DNA of 64,000 nucleotides. Source: Minisyncoccota bacterium. Lineage in GTDB: Bacteria > Patescibacteriota > Minisyncoccia > Phycocordibacterales > UBA9973. Of this stretch, positions 54,907-64,000 are shown in pieces. Where the stretch lies: assembly GCA_041661005.1 (NCBI GenBank), contig JBAZVG010000001.1, positions 479,515-543,514 of the forward strand. Reading direction: 5' to 3'. The notes under the pieces were generated by a model. The model saw nothing but the letters and a program-made list of their open reading frames with translations. It was not told the origin of the DNA and made no database searches. The position numbers and the translations under genes were made by a program. Numbering within the stretch: the first letter of the stretch is position 1; each line of letters opens with the position of its first letter.

Positions 54907-55680
54907 CTATTTAGTCAACACTTCTGCCTCGCCTTCCGTAATCAAAATAGTATGTTCAAAATGAGCGCTTTTTTTACCGTCAGCAGTGCGAAAAGTATAT
55001 CCGTCGTCATCTATAGTGACATTCTTTGTCCCATTGTTTAACATCGGCTCTATAGCCACCACCATGCCCGGAACCAACTTTTCCCCTTTGCCGGCTTTGC
55101 CGAAATTTGGGATGTAAGGATCTTCATGTATTGCACGACCTACGCCATGTCCAGACAAAACTTCCACAATGCCATAGGTATTGCCTTTTTGAGCGCGAAC
55201 AAAACTCTCCACTGCATGGCCAATGTCTCCGACAGTATTGCCATTGAGTGCAGCATCGATCCCCACCTGCAACGCTTTTTCTGTCGTATCCATTAATTTC
55301 TGACTTCCTTTTGTCACTTCACCCACAGGCACGGTAATAGCCATATCGGTAAAAAGCCCCCTGTGTTTTAGACCTAAATCAAGTGAGACAATGTCCCCTT
55401 CTTGCAATATTTTATCTTTGCTTGGTATACCATGCACGACTTCATCGTTAACTGAAATACATAGCGACGCGGGAAATGGGATTTTCGCTCCAGCTGGACG
55501 GTAATTTAAGAATGCTGGATAATCACCCATATCTTTAATTAATTGTTCCGCATATTTATCTAAATCCCAAGTGGAAACCCCCGGTTTTACCATTTCCTTT
55601 ACTTTATACAAAACAGTAGCCAACCGTTTGCCACCCTCTCGCAGTATTTCTATTTCTTCTTTGGTTTTTATTATTATCAT
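54907..55680 (-). CDS. map: methionine aminopeptidase type I
   Basis: IKTKEEIEILREGGKRL and metal-ligand regions (D...D...H...E...E). Confidence 0.8.
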   Translation of the reverse strand: MIIIKTKEEIEILREGGKRLATVLYKVKEMVKPGVSTWDLDKYAEQLIKDMGDYPAFLNYRPAGAKIPFPASLCISVNDEVVHGIPSKDKILQEGDIVSLDLGLKHRGLFTDMAITVPVGEVTKGSQKLMDTTEKALQVGIDAALNGNTVGDIGHAVESFVRAQKGNTYGIVEVLSGHGVGRAIHEDPYIPNFGKAGKGEKLVPGMVVAIEPMLNNGTKNVTIDDDGYTFRTADGKKSAHFEHTILITEGEAEVLTK

Positions 55681-55823
55681 AAAAAAAATTTATAAAATTC
55701 GTTGCAGGCGTATGTTTTATGGAACATTGCGCAGGCTGACAAGCCGAGCATAGCAAATTTTCAGCAGAAAATTATGTCGTGTTCCAGAAAATATATGCCA
55801 AGAAAGAATTTTATAAATCATAT

Positions 55824-56504
55824 TTAAGAAATTAATGTACCAATAAAACTTTCCCCATCTAGACACTTTGCCAGATTATCAATCGGTTTGCCATTCATAA
55901 TCATCACCTGCATTCCCTCTTCTTCCGCCATCTTTGAAGCTGTGGGGTCAAAAGGAGAATTGAGTCCCGGATTCCATTCTTTTGGGATAATTGCTCGATA
56001 TTCCGCCCAGGATATTTTTTCTATCTTTTTTGCATCTGGATTTATTTTTGGATCTGAATCATACACATAGTCAGTATTCGATAGATTAATAACTTTTTTC
56101 GCTCCAAATGTTTTGGCTGCCAAAACAGCATCCCAGTCTGTGCTATGTCCTGGTTCATAAGCCGCGCCTATAATGATTGGTTTTGTAGAAATAAGTTTAT
56201 TGGATAAATTAAAAATTACCTCATCATGAGCTTGTTCTCCAAAAATTACCCTGACTAGTTCAGCATTTAATTTCAAAGACGCTATGCCAATCCAATCCAG
56301 ATCATCATACGACGGAATCGCAAGTTCCTTGGCCACATCTTGATATCGGCGACAAATTTTCCCTCCGCCTGTGGTAATTATAAATTTTTTCCCCTGCTCC
56401 ACATGTGAAAGAATAAGAGATTTAAAATCTTTTAAAAAATCAACATCTACCTGGTCGGGAATTATGAGTGACCCGCCAAGAGAAATTACTATCGTTTCTT
56501 GCAT
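55824..56504 (-). CDS. pyrH: UMP kinase (archaeal-type amino-acid-kinase fold)
   Basis: IVISLGGSLI and ITTGGGKICRRY. Confidence 0.5.
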   Translation of the reverse strand: MQETIVISLGGSLIIPDQVDVDFLKDFKSLILSHVEQGKKFIITTGGGKICRRYQDVAKELAIPSYDDLDWIGIASLKLNAELVRVIFGEQAHDEVIFNLSNKLISTKPIIIGAAYEPGHSTDWDAVLAAKTFGAKKVINLSNTDYVYDSDPKINPDAKKIEKISWAEYRAIIPKEWNPGLNSPFDPTASKMAEEEGMQVMIMNGKPIDNLAKCLDGESFIGTLIS

Positions 56505-56510
56505 AAATAA

Positions 56511-57107
56511 TTAAAAATTTAGCGCTTTAATAATGTCCTGATGCACATTTTCGACTGTTTGTTCGCCATTAATAGTGTAAATCGTATAATTCTCTTTGCC
56601 TTTAAAATAATTCATCGATGGAATCACATTATTCACATATTCATCGAATCTTTTGGCGATACCCTCTTTGGTATCATCATGCCTGCCACGCAAAAGATTG
56701 CGTTTCATTGCCTCTTCTTTGCCCACCTCAATGTAAATGATTTTAATATTTTCCCTTTTATAAAATTTCATCATCTCTTCAAAGGCTTGGGATTGATCTA
56801 AGGTACGAGGATAACCATCAGCAAAGAGGTGTTTTTCTGGGGTTAGAGACGAAACTAAAATATTTGTAAAAATCGCATTAGTCAGAAAATTTGGCTGGAG
56901 TTCTCCGCGTGTAATAGAATCTTTCACAATACCGCCGGTATAACTGCCACTTGCTATAAGCTTGCGATATTCATCACCTGTCGAAGTATAGACAGAGTCG
57001 CGATGATCACGATTTTTCAAGAATTCAGTCAAAAGCTTGACCTGAGTTCCTTTACCAGAACCCACTATTCCAAAAAATACAAAAGTTTGCGGTTGCCCAT
57101 TTGTCAT
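56511..57107 (-). CDS. adk: adenylate kinase
   Basis: GIVGSGKGTQ P-loop and ADGYPRT. Confidence 0.65.
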   Translation of the reverse strand: MTNGQPQTFVFFGIVGSGKGTQVKLLTEFLKNRDHRDSVYTSTGDEYRKLIASGSYTGGIVKDSITRGELQPNFLTNAIFTNILVSSLTPEKHLFADGYPRTLDQSQAFEEMMKFYKRENIKIIYIEVGKEEAMKRNLLRGRHDDTKEGIAKRFDEYVNNVIPSMNYFKGKENYTIYTINGEQTVENVHQDIIKALNF

Positions 57108-57234
57108 AGGCTAACAATACAAAATTTGTGATATAAAATCAACCCGGTAGTAGAGCTCGGCAATGCTTGTTTCACAAGCGTGTTTTGCGCTTTGCCAAGT
57201 CTCACTACCGGGTCAAATATGCTATAATCGCACC

Positions 57235-57804
57235 ATGCAGAAAATTAAAATAATAACTATCAATGGCTTTCCTGGAAGTGGAAAATCCAGCACAGCAGAT
57301 GGAGTCGCAAAAGAACTAGGCTTCAAAAGATTTTCTTCGGGAGATTTCATGCGCCAAATCGCCCTCGACAGAGGCATATCCTTGAATGAACTCAGTAAAA
57401 AAGCTGAAAGTGATACCGCAGTAGATAAAAGCATAGATGAAGCGGTGAAAAAAACTGGGGAGGGTGAAAAAATAGTGATAGATTCCCGTTTGGCATTCCA
57501 TTGGATTCCAAATTCTTTTAAAGTCTATTTAGATCTTCCACCCGAGATTGCCAAAGAAAGAATTTCAAACAACCTAAAAACAAACAAATTCAGGCAAGAA
57601 AGTGAGGGAAAAATGGACGTTGAAGAAGTTTATAAAAAAATAATAGAAAGATTTGAAAGCGAGAAAAAAAGATACCAGAATTTATATCAAGTTGATCATG
57701 CCGATAAAAACAACTTTGACTTAGTGGTAGACACAAACAAAAACAACTTAAAGCAAGTCATTGATATTATAGTTCGAGAATACAAAAATTGGATCGAAAA
57801 TTAA
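57235..57804 (+). CDS. cmk: cytidylate kinase (short/archaeal-type)
   Basis: ITINGFPGSGKSSTADGVAKELGF; start taken at the internal Met (MQKIK). Confidence 0.55.
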   Translation: MQKIKIITINGFPGSGKSSTADGVAKELGFKRFSSGDFMRQIALDRGISLNELSKKAESDTAVDKSIDEAVKKTGEGEKIVIDSRLAFHWIPNSFKVYLDLPPEIAKERISNNLKTNKFRQESEGKMDVEEVYKKIIERFESEKKRYQNLYQVDHADKNNFDLVVDTNKNNLKQVIDIIVREYKNWIEN

Positions 57805-59087
57805 TACTCCCGCATTGAGATCTGCGCGTCTACTTTTTTTATCAAATCAAGAACAACTGAGACGACGATGAGAACTGACGTCCCACCCAAAGCGAGAGCG
57901 GTAATGCCGGTAAAACGTTGCATGATGAGAGGTAAAATTGCAATAAACCCCAAGAAAACAGCGCCCAGGAGCGTAATGCGAGTCAAGACCTTGGAAATAT
58001 ATTCAGCAGTCGATTGCCCCGGACGGATGCCTGGAATAAACGCGCCATTTTTTTGTAAGTTAGTGGAAAGAGCCTCAGGATCAAAAGTAACGGCTGTGTA
58101 AAAATAAGTGAAAAGAAAAACTAAAATAAAATAAAAAATAGCGTAAAGCGCTGAGGTTTGCGTAAATGAGATAAGCACACTGGAAATTTTTGCAATAATT
58201 TCATTGCTGAATCTAGCCAAAAAAGTTCCAATCATTTGTGGGAAAAGGAGAATGGATAGAGCAAAGATTATTGGGATAACTCCCGCTTGATTGACCCGTA
58301 ACGGCAGATAAGTAGATCCACCGCCATACATCTTCATGCCACGCACGCGCTTGGCATAAGTAACAGGGATAGGACGTTCAGCCTCGGTAACAAGGACAAT
58401 ACTTGCAATAACTAGAACGCCCACCAACACAGATATAATCAATGTAGGCAAAATGCTTGAATCAAATGTAGGGTAAATATATGTAAAAATAAATGTTCCT
58501 ACTGTCGATGGAAGACCCGAGACAATACCGGCAAAAATTATGAGCGATACACCGTTGCCAATACCAAATTCAGATACGAGTTCTCCTATCCACATCAACA
58601 ACATCGATCCCGCAACTACAATAATCAAATTCGTGATTCGATCGAAAGCTGTTAAGTTTACTAAAATACTTTGGCTTTCCAAAATAGCTAAAAGAGCAAA
58701 CCCTTGAATAGCAGCCAAAGGAACAGTCAAAAGCCGTGAATATTGGGTAAATCTTTTCCTTCCAGCTTCGCCTTCTTCATGATATATCTTCTTCAAAGCT
58801 GGAACCATGATGGTCAAAAGTTGCATGATGATGGAGCTGGTGATATAAGGCCCGACACCAAGCATGATTATGGAAAGATTGGAAAGCCCGCCTCCGGAGA
58901 ATATATTCAAGATACCGAAAAATTGGTTGTTGGACAAGAAACGATCAAGCGCCAGAGTGTCAATGCCGGGGATTGGGATAGCCGAAAGCAATCTGAACAC
59001 AATCAGTGAAAAAAGCACGAACAAAACCCGCTTTCTCAGCGTGATATCTGTCCAAACTAATTTCATTTTATTTAAAAAATTTTGCAT
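57801..59087 (-). CDS. secY: preprotein translocase SecY
   Basis: 10 TM helices; GIDTLALDRF and GGLSNLSIIMLGVGPYITSSIIMQLL. Confidence 0.8.
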   Translation of the reverse strand: MQNFLNKMKLVWTDITLRKRVLFVLFSLIVFRLLSAIPIPGIDTLALDRFLSNNQFFGILNIFSGGGLSNLSIIMLGVGPYITSSIIMQLLTIMVPALKKIYHEEGEAGRKRFTQYSRLLTVPLAAIQGFALLAILESQSILVNLTAFDRITNLIIVVAGSMLLMWIGELVSEFGIGNGVSLIIFAGIVSGLPSTVGTFIFTYIYPTFDSSILPTLIISVLVGVLVIASIVLVTEAERPIPVTYAKRVRGMKMYGGGSTYLPLRVNQAGVIPIIFALSILLFPQMIGTFLARFSNEIIAKISSVLISFTQTSALYAIFYFILVFLFTYFYTAVTFDPEALSTNLQKNGAFIPGIRPGQSTAEYISKVLTRITLLGAVFLGFIAILPLIMQRFTGITALALGGTSVLIVVSVVLDLIKKVDAQISMREY

Positions 59088-59153
59088 ATACTTTTTTTTG
59101 TAACAGCGCTTTAGGCGCTCTGAGCGCCTAAAGCGCTATCTCACCCGATTCTC

Positions 59154-59456
59154 TTACTTGATTTTAATCTTCTTTCCTTGAATACCAAGACGCTTTCTTA
59201 TTTCAGAGAACTTTTCCGTTGTAGAGACCATTTTGTCTTTTTCCACCAAAAACAATTTCTGAATTGACTTGAATTGATATCCACGATTCTTTGGCAACCT
59301 TTTAATGATATCACGAAGTTCCGGGCGACGCTTGTTGCCGGAACGAGCTGTCTGCCCCTTGCCTCCTCGGCCAGAAGTCTTGGCGTGCTTTCCCCCGCGA
59401 CCCACCAGTCGGTCTTTTCTATTCTTATGAATTCTTTTTAAATTATGTATCTGCAT
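59154..59456 (-). CDS. rplO: 50S ribosomal protein L15 (short)
   Basis: GRGGKHAKTSGRGGKGQTARSG. Confidence 0.6.
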   Translation of the reverse strand: MQIHNLKRIHKNRKDRLVGRGGKHAKTSGRGGKGQTARSGNKRRPELRDIIKRLPKNRGYQFKSIQKLFLVEKDKMVSTTEKFSEIRKRLGIQGKKIKIK

Positions 59457-59490
59457 TGTTTTAATTTCTTAGCTTATAACTTTCGGCTTG

Positions 59491-60096
59491 TTATTCTTTT
59501 TCTTTCCCGACACTTTCGATCTGGATTCCGACATCTGCAAGTGTTGGAACTTTATTTACGACGATAGCGCTCTCGGGTATATGTTTTGTGTATTTTGAGG
59601 AAATTGCTGAAAGCGCCTCCATGACCGCCTTGGCATTGTTCAATTTATTCTTGCTGTTAGATATGATTTTCCCTGTGATATCTTTCATCCCAGAAAGCTT
59701 CACTATGTCGCGGACTACCGAACCCGCCACAAGTCCACGGCCTTTGTTTGGGATGAGCACAACTTTCGAACTTGAAAATTTAGCAGAAAGCTCGTGTGGA
59801 ATAGACATGGTCTTTGTCAGATTCAACTTGACCATGTTTTTCTTGGCATTTCTGACTGCTTTATTTATCGCAAGAGCCGTGTCGCCCGCTTTTCCTAAGC
59901 CCAAACCAACAGATCCTTTTTTGTCTCCCGCTACCAAAGCGACGCTGAAAGAAAATCTGCGTCCGCCGGCAACGACTCTGGTGACGCGACGAATATTCAG
60001 AATCTTTTGATCAAATTCTGGCTTGGATCGTCCAAAAGAAGAACCTTTTCGGCCACCACTCTTTTTGTCTCTAATTTTATCTTGTGTTTTTTCCAT
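59491..60096 (-). CDS. rpsE: 30S ribosomal protein S5
   Basis: RRVTRVVAGGRRFSFSVALVAGDKKGSVGLGLGKA. Confidence 0.8.
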   Translation of the reverse strand: MEKTQDKIRDKKSGGRKGSSFGRSKPEFDQKILNIRRVTRVVAGGRRFSFSVALVAGDKKGSVGLGLGKAGDTALAINKAVRNAKKNMVKLNLTKTMSIPHELSAKFSSSKVVLIPNKGRGLVAGSVVRDIVKLSGMKDITGKIISNSKNKLNNAKAVMEALSAISSKYTKHIPESAIVVNKVPTLADVGIQIESVGKEKE

Positions 60097-60115
60097 TGTA
60101 TTTTACTTTATAACT

Positions 60116-60481
60116 TTAAAACTTGAGTCCGGCTGCTCTCGCTTCATCTGCTACTAATTTTATTCGTCCAGTGTATTTAAATCCATTTCGATCAAAGACA
60201 ACTTTGTTTATCTTGGCTTCCAAACAAATCTTACCGATCGTGCTTCCAACTTCTTTTGCCCTCTCTGTTTTTGTGCCCTTTGCAATTTTAACACCCGCCT
60301 TGACTTGGCGAGGCAGGTCGCTCGCCTGCGCTAGAGTCTTGCCAGTCGTATCGTCGATAACCTGCGCATAGATAAATTTGTTAGAACGAAAAACTGTAAG
60401 TCTCGGACGCTCTGCCGTGCCTTTTATTTTTGCCCTAATTTTTCTCTTTAATCTTATTCTTTTGTCGGTTTTTGTTTGCAT
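60116..60481 (-). CDS. rplR: 50S ribosomal protein L18
   Basis: RPRLTVFRSNKFIYAQVIDDTTGKTLA. Confidence 0.8.
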   Translation of the reverse strand: MQTKTDKRIRLKRKIRAKIKGTAERPRLTVFRSNKFIYAQVIDDTTGKTLAQASDLPRQVKAGVKIAKGTKTERAKEVGSTIGKICLEAKINKVVFDRNGFKYTGRIKLVADEARAAGLKF

Positions 60482-60504
60482 TTTTCTTTATAACTTTCAA
60501 CTAC

Positions 60505-61059
60505 CTAAACAGTCTTCTTGCCTTGTTTGCGTCTGATAACTTCACCTTCATAACGCATTCCCTTGCCTTTATAAGGCTCTCCTTTCTTTAAAGCGCGAAT
60601 GGATGCGGTGAAACTGCCGACCAGCTCTTTATCAATTCCAGTAATTGTAATATTGTTCTTGTCAGCAGTAGCAGTGATAGCATCTGGGATTTTGACAATA
60701 ACTGGATGAGAAAACCCTAAGGCAAAATGAAATTCTTTGCCCTTTACTTCAGATTTGAATCCCACACCTTCTAATATTAATTTCTTTTGATATGGGGTCT
60801 GCACACCGGCAATCATGTTTTTTATGTGTGAAGCATAAGTTCCCCAAAGAGATTTAGAAAACTTGTCATTTCTTTTTATATTTAAATTTATAGTCTTACT
60901 TGCCCCGTCTTTGGCGGAGTCAGCGATAGTAATCGTAATATCATCTCGAAAAGTTTTCGAAAGAGTCCCTTTGGGACCGACAACAGAAAGAACAAGTCCA
61001 TTCTGACTTACTTTGACTCCGTCCGGTATTTGTATTTCTTGTTTGCCTATTCTACTCAT
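60505..61059 (-). CDS. rplF: 50S ribosomal protein L6
   Basis: MSRIGKQEIQIPDGVKV; two L6 repeats. Confidence 0.8.
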   Translation of the reverse strand: MSRIGKQEIQIPDGVKVSQNGLVLSVVGPKGTLSKTFRDDITITIADSAKDGASKTINLNIKRNDKFSKSLWGTYASHIKNMIAGVQTPYQKKLILEGVGFKSEVKGKEFHFALGFSHPVIVKIPDAITATADKNNITITGIDKELVGSFTASIRALKKGEPYKGKGMRYEGEVIRRKQGKKTV

Positions 61060-61124
61060 ATAATTTTTTGAATTACCTCCCCTTCCTCCCCTCCTTAATC
61101 AAGGAGGGGACAGAGGGGTGGTCT

Positions 61125-61511
61125 CTACCAAATTTTAAATAATACTTCCCCGCCGACTTGTTCTTTGCGAGCATCTTTGCCTGATAAAATCCCTTTCGAT
61201 GTTGAAAGCACCAGCAATCCAGATCCACTTCTAACCGAATGAATGTCTTTCATCCCAAAATAAACACGTCGTGATTGCTTTGAGATTCTCTCAACTTCGG
61301 TGATTTTTGGTTTTTTATCAACGTAGAACAGCTCTATTTCCAACAACGGCTGATCGTCTTTTGTTTTCTTTGAAACACTGTGAACATACCCTTCCTTTTT
61401 TAAACATTCTGCAATGGCATTTTTTATTTTGGAATACGGAAGAGACACGGACTTCTTGCCTACCAAACTTCCATTCTTCATTACTATTAACATGTTTGAA
61501 ATTGAATCCAT
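61125..61511 (-). CDS. rpsH: 30S ribosomal protein S8
   Basis: MDSISNMLIVMKNG...GGEVLFKIW. Confidence 0.8.
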   Translation of the reverse strand: MDSISNMLIVMKNGSLVGKKSVSLPYSKIKNAIAECLKKEGYVHSVSKKTKDDQPLLEIELFYVDKKPKITEVERISKQSRRVYFGMKDIHSVRSGSGLLVLSTSKGILSGKDARKEQVGGEVLFKIW

Positions 61512-61526
61512 TTTATTTTTATATAA

Positions 61527-61712
61527 CTACCAACTTGATTTGCGAACACCCGGCAACATCCCTTCATTTGCTAATTCTCTGAAACAAATACGACATACTC
61601 CAAAATCTCTCATAAAAGCATTACCTCGGCCACAGCGAAAACATCGATTTTTTTGTCGAGTGCTGAATTTTGGTTTTTTTAAAGCTCTTGCTTTTACTGA
61701 TGTTTTTGCCAT
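61527..61712 (-). CDS. rpsZ: 30S ribosomal protein S14 type Z (zinc-binding)
   Basis: 61 aa with [20 protein letters not shown]. Confidence 0.8.
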   Translation of the reverse strand: MAKTSVKARALKKPKFSTRQKNRCFRCGRGNAFMRDFGVCRICFRELANEGMLPGVRKSSW

Positions 61713-61884
61713 ATAGTAAATATCGTCTATTTATAGGTGATATCTTGTGTTTTTTCTTCTTGGCCTCTTCCCTAAAGCACTTTTAAGCGCTCGGGCAAAG
61801 AAGGAGAAACACAGATCGAACCTATTTCTTAGACTCTCTGATATTAGCAGATTGGGGAAAATTAGTCAAATGAAACGTAATTGG

Positions 61885-62223
61885 TTATTTAAACAAAGTA
61901 GAAGCCCGAGCTAAAATTTCATTGATTTCTGGTTCACTAACTTTACCCATTGTTATTTTCACTCTTTCTTTAACATCAAAAGATCTTATTTGGTCAGCCA
62001 AAACAAAAGATTTTCCTTTCGGTCCATCTATTGGAACCTCAAAAAAATAATTCTTGCGTTTACTGGTCATCGGACACACTAAAACTAGATTGGAAAAAGA
62101 ATTGTATTGCAAGGAAGAAATCACCACAGCTGGTCGTAATCCTGATTGTTCATGGCCTTTTGTGGGACTAAAATCAATCCAGACAATATCACCTCGTTCA
62201 GGAATTTTAGAATTTTTTACCAT
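61885..62223 (-). CDS. mazF: MazF/PemK-family toxin endoribonuclease
   Basis: RGDIVWIDFSPTKGHEQSGLRPAVVIS...VLVCPMTS. Confidence 0.65.
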   Translation of the reverse strand: MVKNSKIPERGDIVWIDFSPTKGHEQSGLRPAVVISSLQYNSFSNLVLVCPMTSKRKNYFFEVPIDGPKGKSFVLADQIRSFDVKERVKITMGKVSEPEINEILARASTLFK

Positions 62224-62480
62224 ATTTCTTTACCCCTCGGCCTATCATTGGGCCAAAGTGATTTATGGCGATTTTTCTTGGTAATGCCTTTAACCATATC
62301 TTCTAGAGTATATTGAGGACGGCTGGAAGTAATAATCATCTGGTCCTTTAATTGCTTAAAACCGACAATAGAACCTGCTTGCCAATTAAGGTTTTCGGCA
62401 AATTCATTCGGTATTCGAACCGCCAAACTATTTCCCCATTTTTGTATTTTAGTTGTCATGGATTCAATTTTATTCACCAT
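62217..62480 (-). CDS. mazE: MazE/AbrB-type antitoxin
   Basis: KIQKWGNSLAVRIPNEF SpoVT/AbrB swapped-hairpin motif; overlaps the mazF start. Confidence 0.55.
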   Translation of the reverse strand: MVNKIESMTTKIQKWGNSLAVRIPNEFAENLNWQAGSIVGFKQLKDQMIITSSRPQYTLEDMVKGITKKNRHKSLWPNDRPRGKEIW

Positions 62481-62560
62481 GACCCTGAGTTTTTATCGAA
62501 GGGTCATGGATTCAAGTATATACAATGTATCTACAAAGTCAAGTAAAACATTAACCCCTT

Positions 62561-62610
62561 CGCAAGGACTGTCCTTGCGAAATCTTTTGCGAAATCTGTC
62601 CTTGCGAAAA
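62561..62610. promoter_or_regulatory. palindromic operator-like motif cgcaaggactgtccttgcg plus downstream TTGCGAAA direct repeats
   Basis: 19-bp perfect palindrome; the same motif family occurs at 4686-4702 and 5820-5853. Confidence 0.45.
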
Positions 62611-62613
62611 GTA

Positions 62614-63149
62614 TTATGGATTTTGGTGACAACCGATATTATCATACACGGGATTACCGGGAAGATTAATAAAGGCTTTTCCAAAACTAATGCCACTGCT
62701 TCCCACACAATAAAGCAAACCCTCTGGACCAAACCAACTTTCAGCAGAAAATAAGGAGCTATCCCCTCTAACATGCAGGGCATATCCTTGCGCATTACCG
62801 CTCGAAATTTCTAGAATTTTTTTACATAAAGCATTGGCTTGTGGAATATAAATAGATGCATTTGAATTTAAAGGATACATTTGATCACAAGTTCCTGCAA
62901 AAGCATGAACTGGATTATTAGCCCAATTAATTTGACCATTCAAGCCTGCATAAGACCCTTTATCTGAATACTCTAGTGCCAACAATGTACGAAATTGAGT
63001 CAATTCTTCTTTTAAAGCAGACAGTCTCGTCTTTATTCTCGCCGTATTCAAACTCGCCATTACGATCGAAGACAAAAGGCTGATGATGGCAACCACTACC
63101 AAAAGTTCTATAAGAGTGAAACCTTTTTTGTTGTTTTTAATATATTCAT
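62614..63149 (-). CDS. type IV pilin/pseudopilin-like protein, leader region frameshifted at an A6 tract
   Basis: Mature N-terminus GFTLIELLVVVAIISLLSSIVMASL lies in frame with the ORF; the MNILKTTKK leader ATG at 63149 is in the +1 frame across acaacaaaaaagg. Confidence 0.45.
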
Positions 63150-63162
63150 ATTTGTTATTTTA

Positions 63163-63483
63163 TCATTGATTTGGGGATGAAGGTATTTGTTCAAATTGTT
63201 CGGGAGTGAATTCTGGTTGGATGGATTTTCCACCAAAAAAGAAATAAAAAGAAAGAGCAAACATTAATACCGCAATTCCTAAAAGCACATACTCCGCTTG
63301 TTTCTGCTCTTTAATGATTCCACCAGAGTATTTCATCACCAGTCGAACCATCCTGGGAAGTTCAGAAGAAACTTCTGGGGTCTGTCCAGTTTCCTGCGCC
63401 TGTTCAGCGCTCGACTTCATTTCAAACTCTTTCAGAGCTTGATCGATTTCAGAGTTGTTTGGTATTTTTGTTTCAGGAGGCAT
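63163..63483 (-). CDS. hypothetical membrane protein
   Basis: One TM helix near the C-terminus; 106 aa. Confidence 0.3.
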   Translation of the reverse strand: MPPETKIPNNSEIDQALKEFEMKSSAEQAQETGQTPEVSSELPRMVRLVMKYSGGIIKEQKQAEYVLLGIAVLMFALSFYFFFGGKSIQPEFTPEQFEQIPSSPNQ

Positions 63484-63504
63484 GAAAATATCAAGACACC
63501 CAAA

Positions 63505-63741
63505 CTAAGGTTTAGGCTGATAAGAATTCGTCTTTATCATTTCGTCTGGAAAATCTTGATACATATTATACACACTTGCGCCATAAGGCTGGAGGGCGTG
63601 AGAGAGGTAGTCGCGTATAAAGAAAACTACTAAAACCAAGAGAATGACTCCAAGAAAAATATCCGAAGCATTATAATAAATAATAAATTTGCTTGAGCCC
63701 TTGTCGGCATACATATGCCTTTTGTGAATAAATTTAATCAT
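63505..63741 (-). CDS. small membrane protein
   Basis: 78 aa with a TM segment ASDIFLGVILLVLVVFFI. Confidence 0.3.
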   Translation of the reverse strand: MIKFIHKRHMYADKGSSKFIIYYNASDIFLGVILLVLVVFFIRDYLSHALQPYGASVYNMYQDFPDEMIKTNSYQPKP

Positions 63742-64000
63742 ATGCTTACATTATACACGAATGTCAAAACATTACGCAAGGGAGAGCGCCTAGTTATTCC
63801 CCAGTGTATTCTATTTCTTTTCTTCCTTTTTAAAAGGAATACCCAAGAGTCCAAAAAAAGTGATCCCTTCTTTTTTATTTTTAGCTGTAGAGACGAGAGT
63901 GATAGAAAGTCCGAAAACATCTCGGATATCCTCATCGGCAGTTTCTGGAAAAATAGTGTGTTCTTTGATGCCGATAGTCAAGTTGCCGATATTGTCTACC

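Noticed and set aside
1-64000. Alternative genetic code (UGA recoding, as in some CPR lineages)
   Set aside because: Many long ORFs (1520, 922, 783 and 779 aa) are uninterrupted under the standard code, and the r-proteins end at conventional stops.

Overview
This is an AT-rich, densely packed bacterial chromosome window of Patescibacteria/CPR-like character: small genes, archaeal-type UMP kinase, a short r-protein operon, and many membrane and secreted hypotheticals. The standard genetic code appears to be in use, since long ORFs up to 1520 aa are uninterrupted. The contents, 5' to 3', are as follows. (1) 0.2-9.4 kb is a kinase/phosphatase/SAM-methyltransferase-rich region: a Ham1/ITPase-P-loop kinase-GHMP kinase-MTase operon, a GreA-like gene, an APH-like kinase, a histidine phosphatase, NUDIX, inorganic pyrophosphatase and peptidase E. 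(2) A HicAB toxin-antitoxin pair, a tRNA pair (class II Ser-like plus tRNA-Ser GCU) with a duplicated tRNA 3' end, and recG carrying several in-frame palindromic GC-rich insertions. (3) About 14.2-27.9 kb is a mobile island. It has approximately 230-bp GC-rich terminal inverted repeats (14218-14446 / 25925-26152) and a GC-rich hairpin-dense noncoding segment. It contains a minus-strand operon: XRE regulator, 1520-aa SF1 (Upf1-like) helicase with DUF559/Vsr-like endonuclease and a topoisomerase-type zinc ribbon, a DUF2130-like coiled-coil protein, an AAA_13/RloC-like zinc-hook ABC ATPase, a small hypothetical protein, a TPR protein, a Pro/Glu-rich wHTH protein and a tiny acidic protein. A large serine recombinase, itself flanked by approximately 100-bp inverted repeats, follows and overlaps the 3' end of a tRNA-Ile(UAU). 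I regard this operon as the most likely candidate for a novel, undescribed defence-like system. (4) 28-43 kb holds housekeeping and envelope genes: DedA, histidine phosphatase, a metzincin, SecG, an OppA-like SBP, RNase J, an MFS transporter, a cytidylyltransferase, cyclophilin, a Gly-rich secreted repeat protein, and a thiol-disulfide cluster (DsbB/BdbC, two Trx-like paralogues, DgkA, CcdA). (5) 43.7-63.9 kb holds tRNA-Gln, infC-rpmI-rplT, a LOG-like gene flanked by two copies of an approximately 95-bp MITE (a third inverted copy lies at 53.4 kb), a beta-CASP MBL nuclease, NDK flanked by two CYTH proteins, a 922-aa HerA/FtsK-like ATPase, map-pyrH-adk, cmk, and secY-rplO-rpsE-rplR-rplF-rpsH-rpsZ. 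Upstream of rpsZ, where rplE would be expected, sits a mazEF module, followed by a pilin gene with an apparent homopolymer frameshift. Several families of short palindromic repeats recur through the window.
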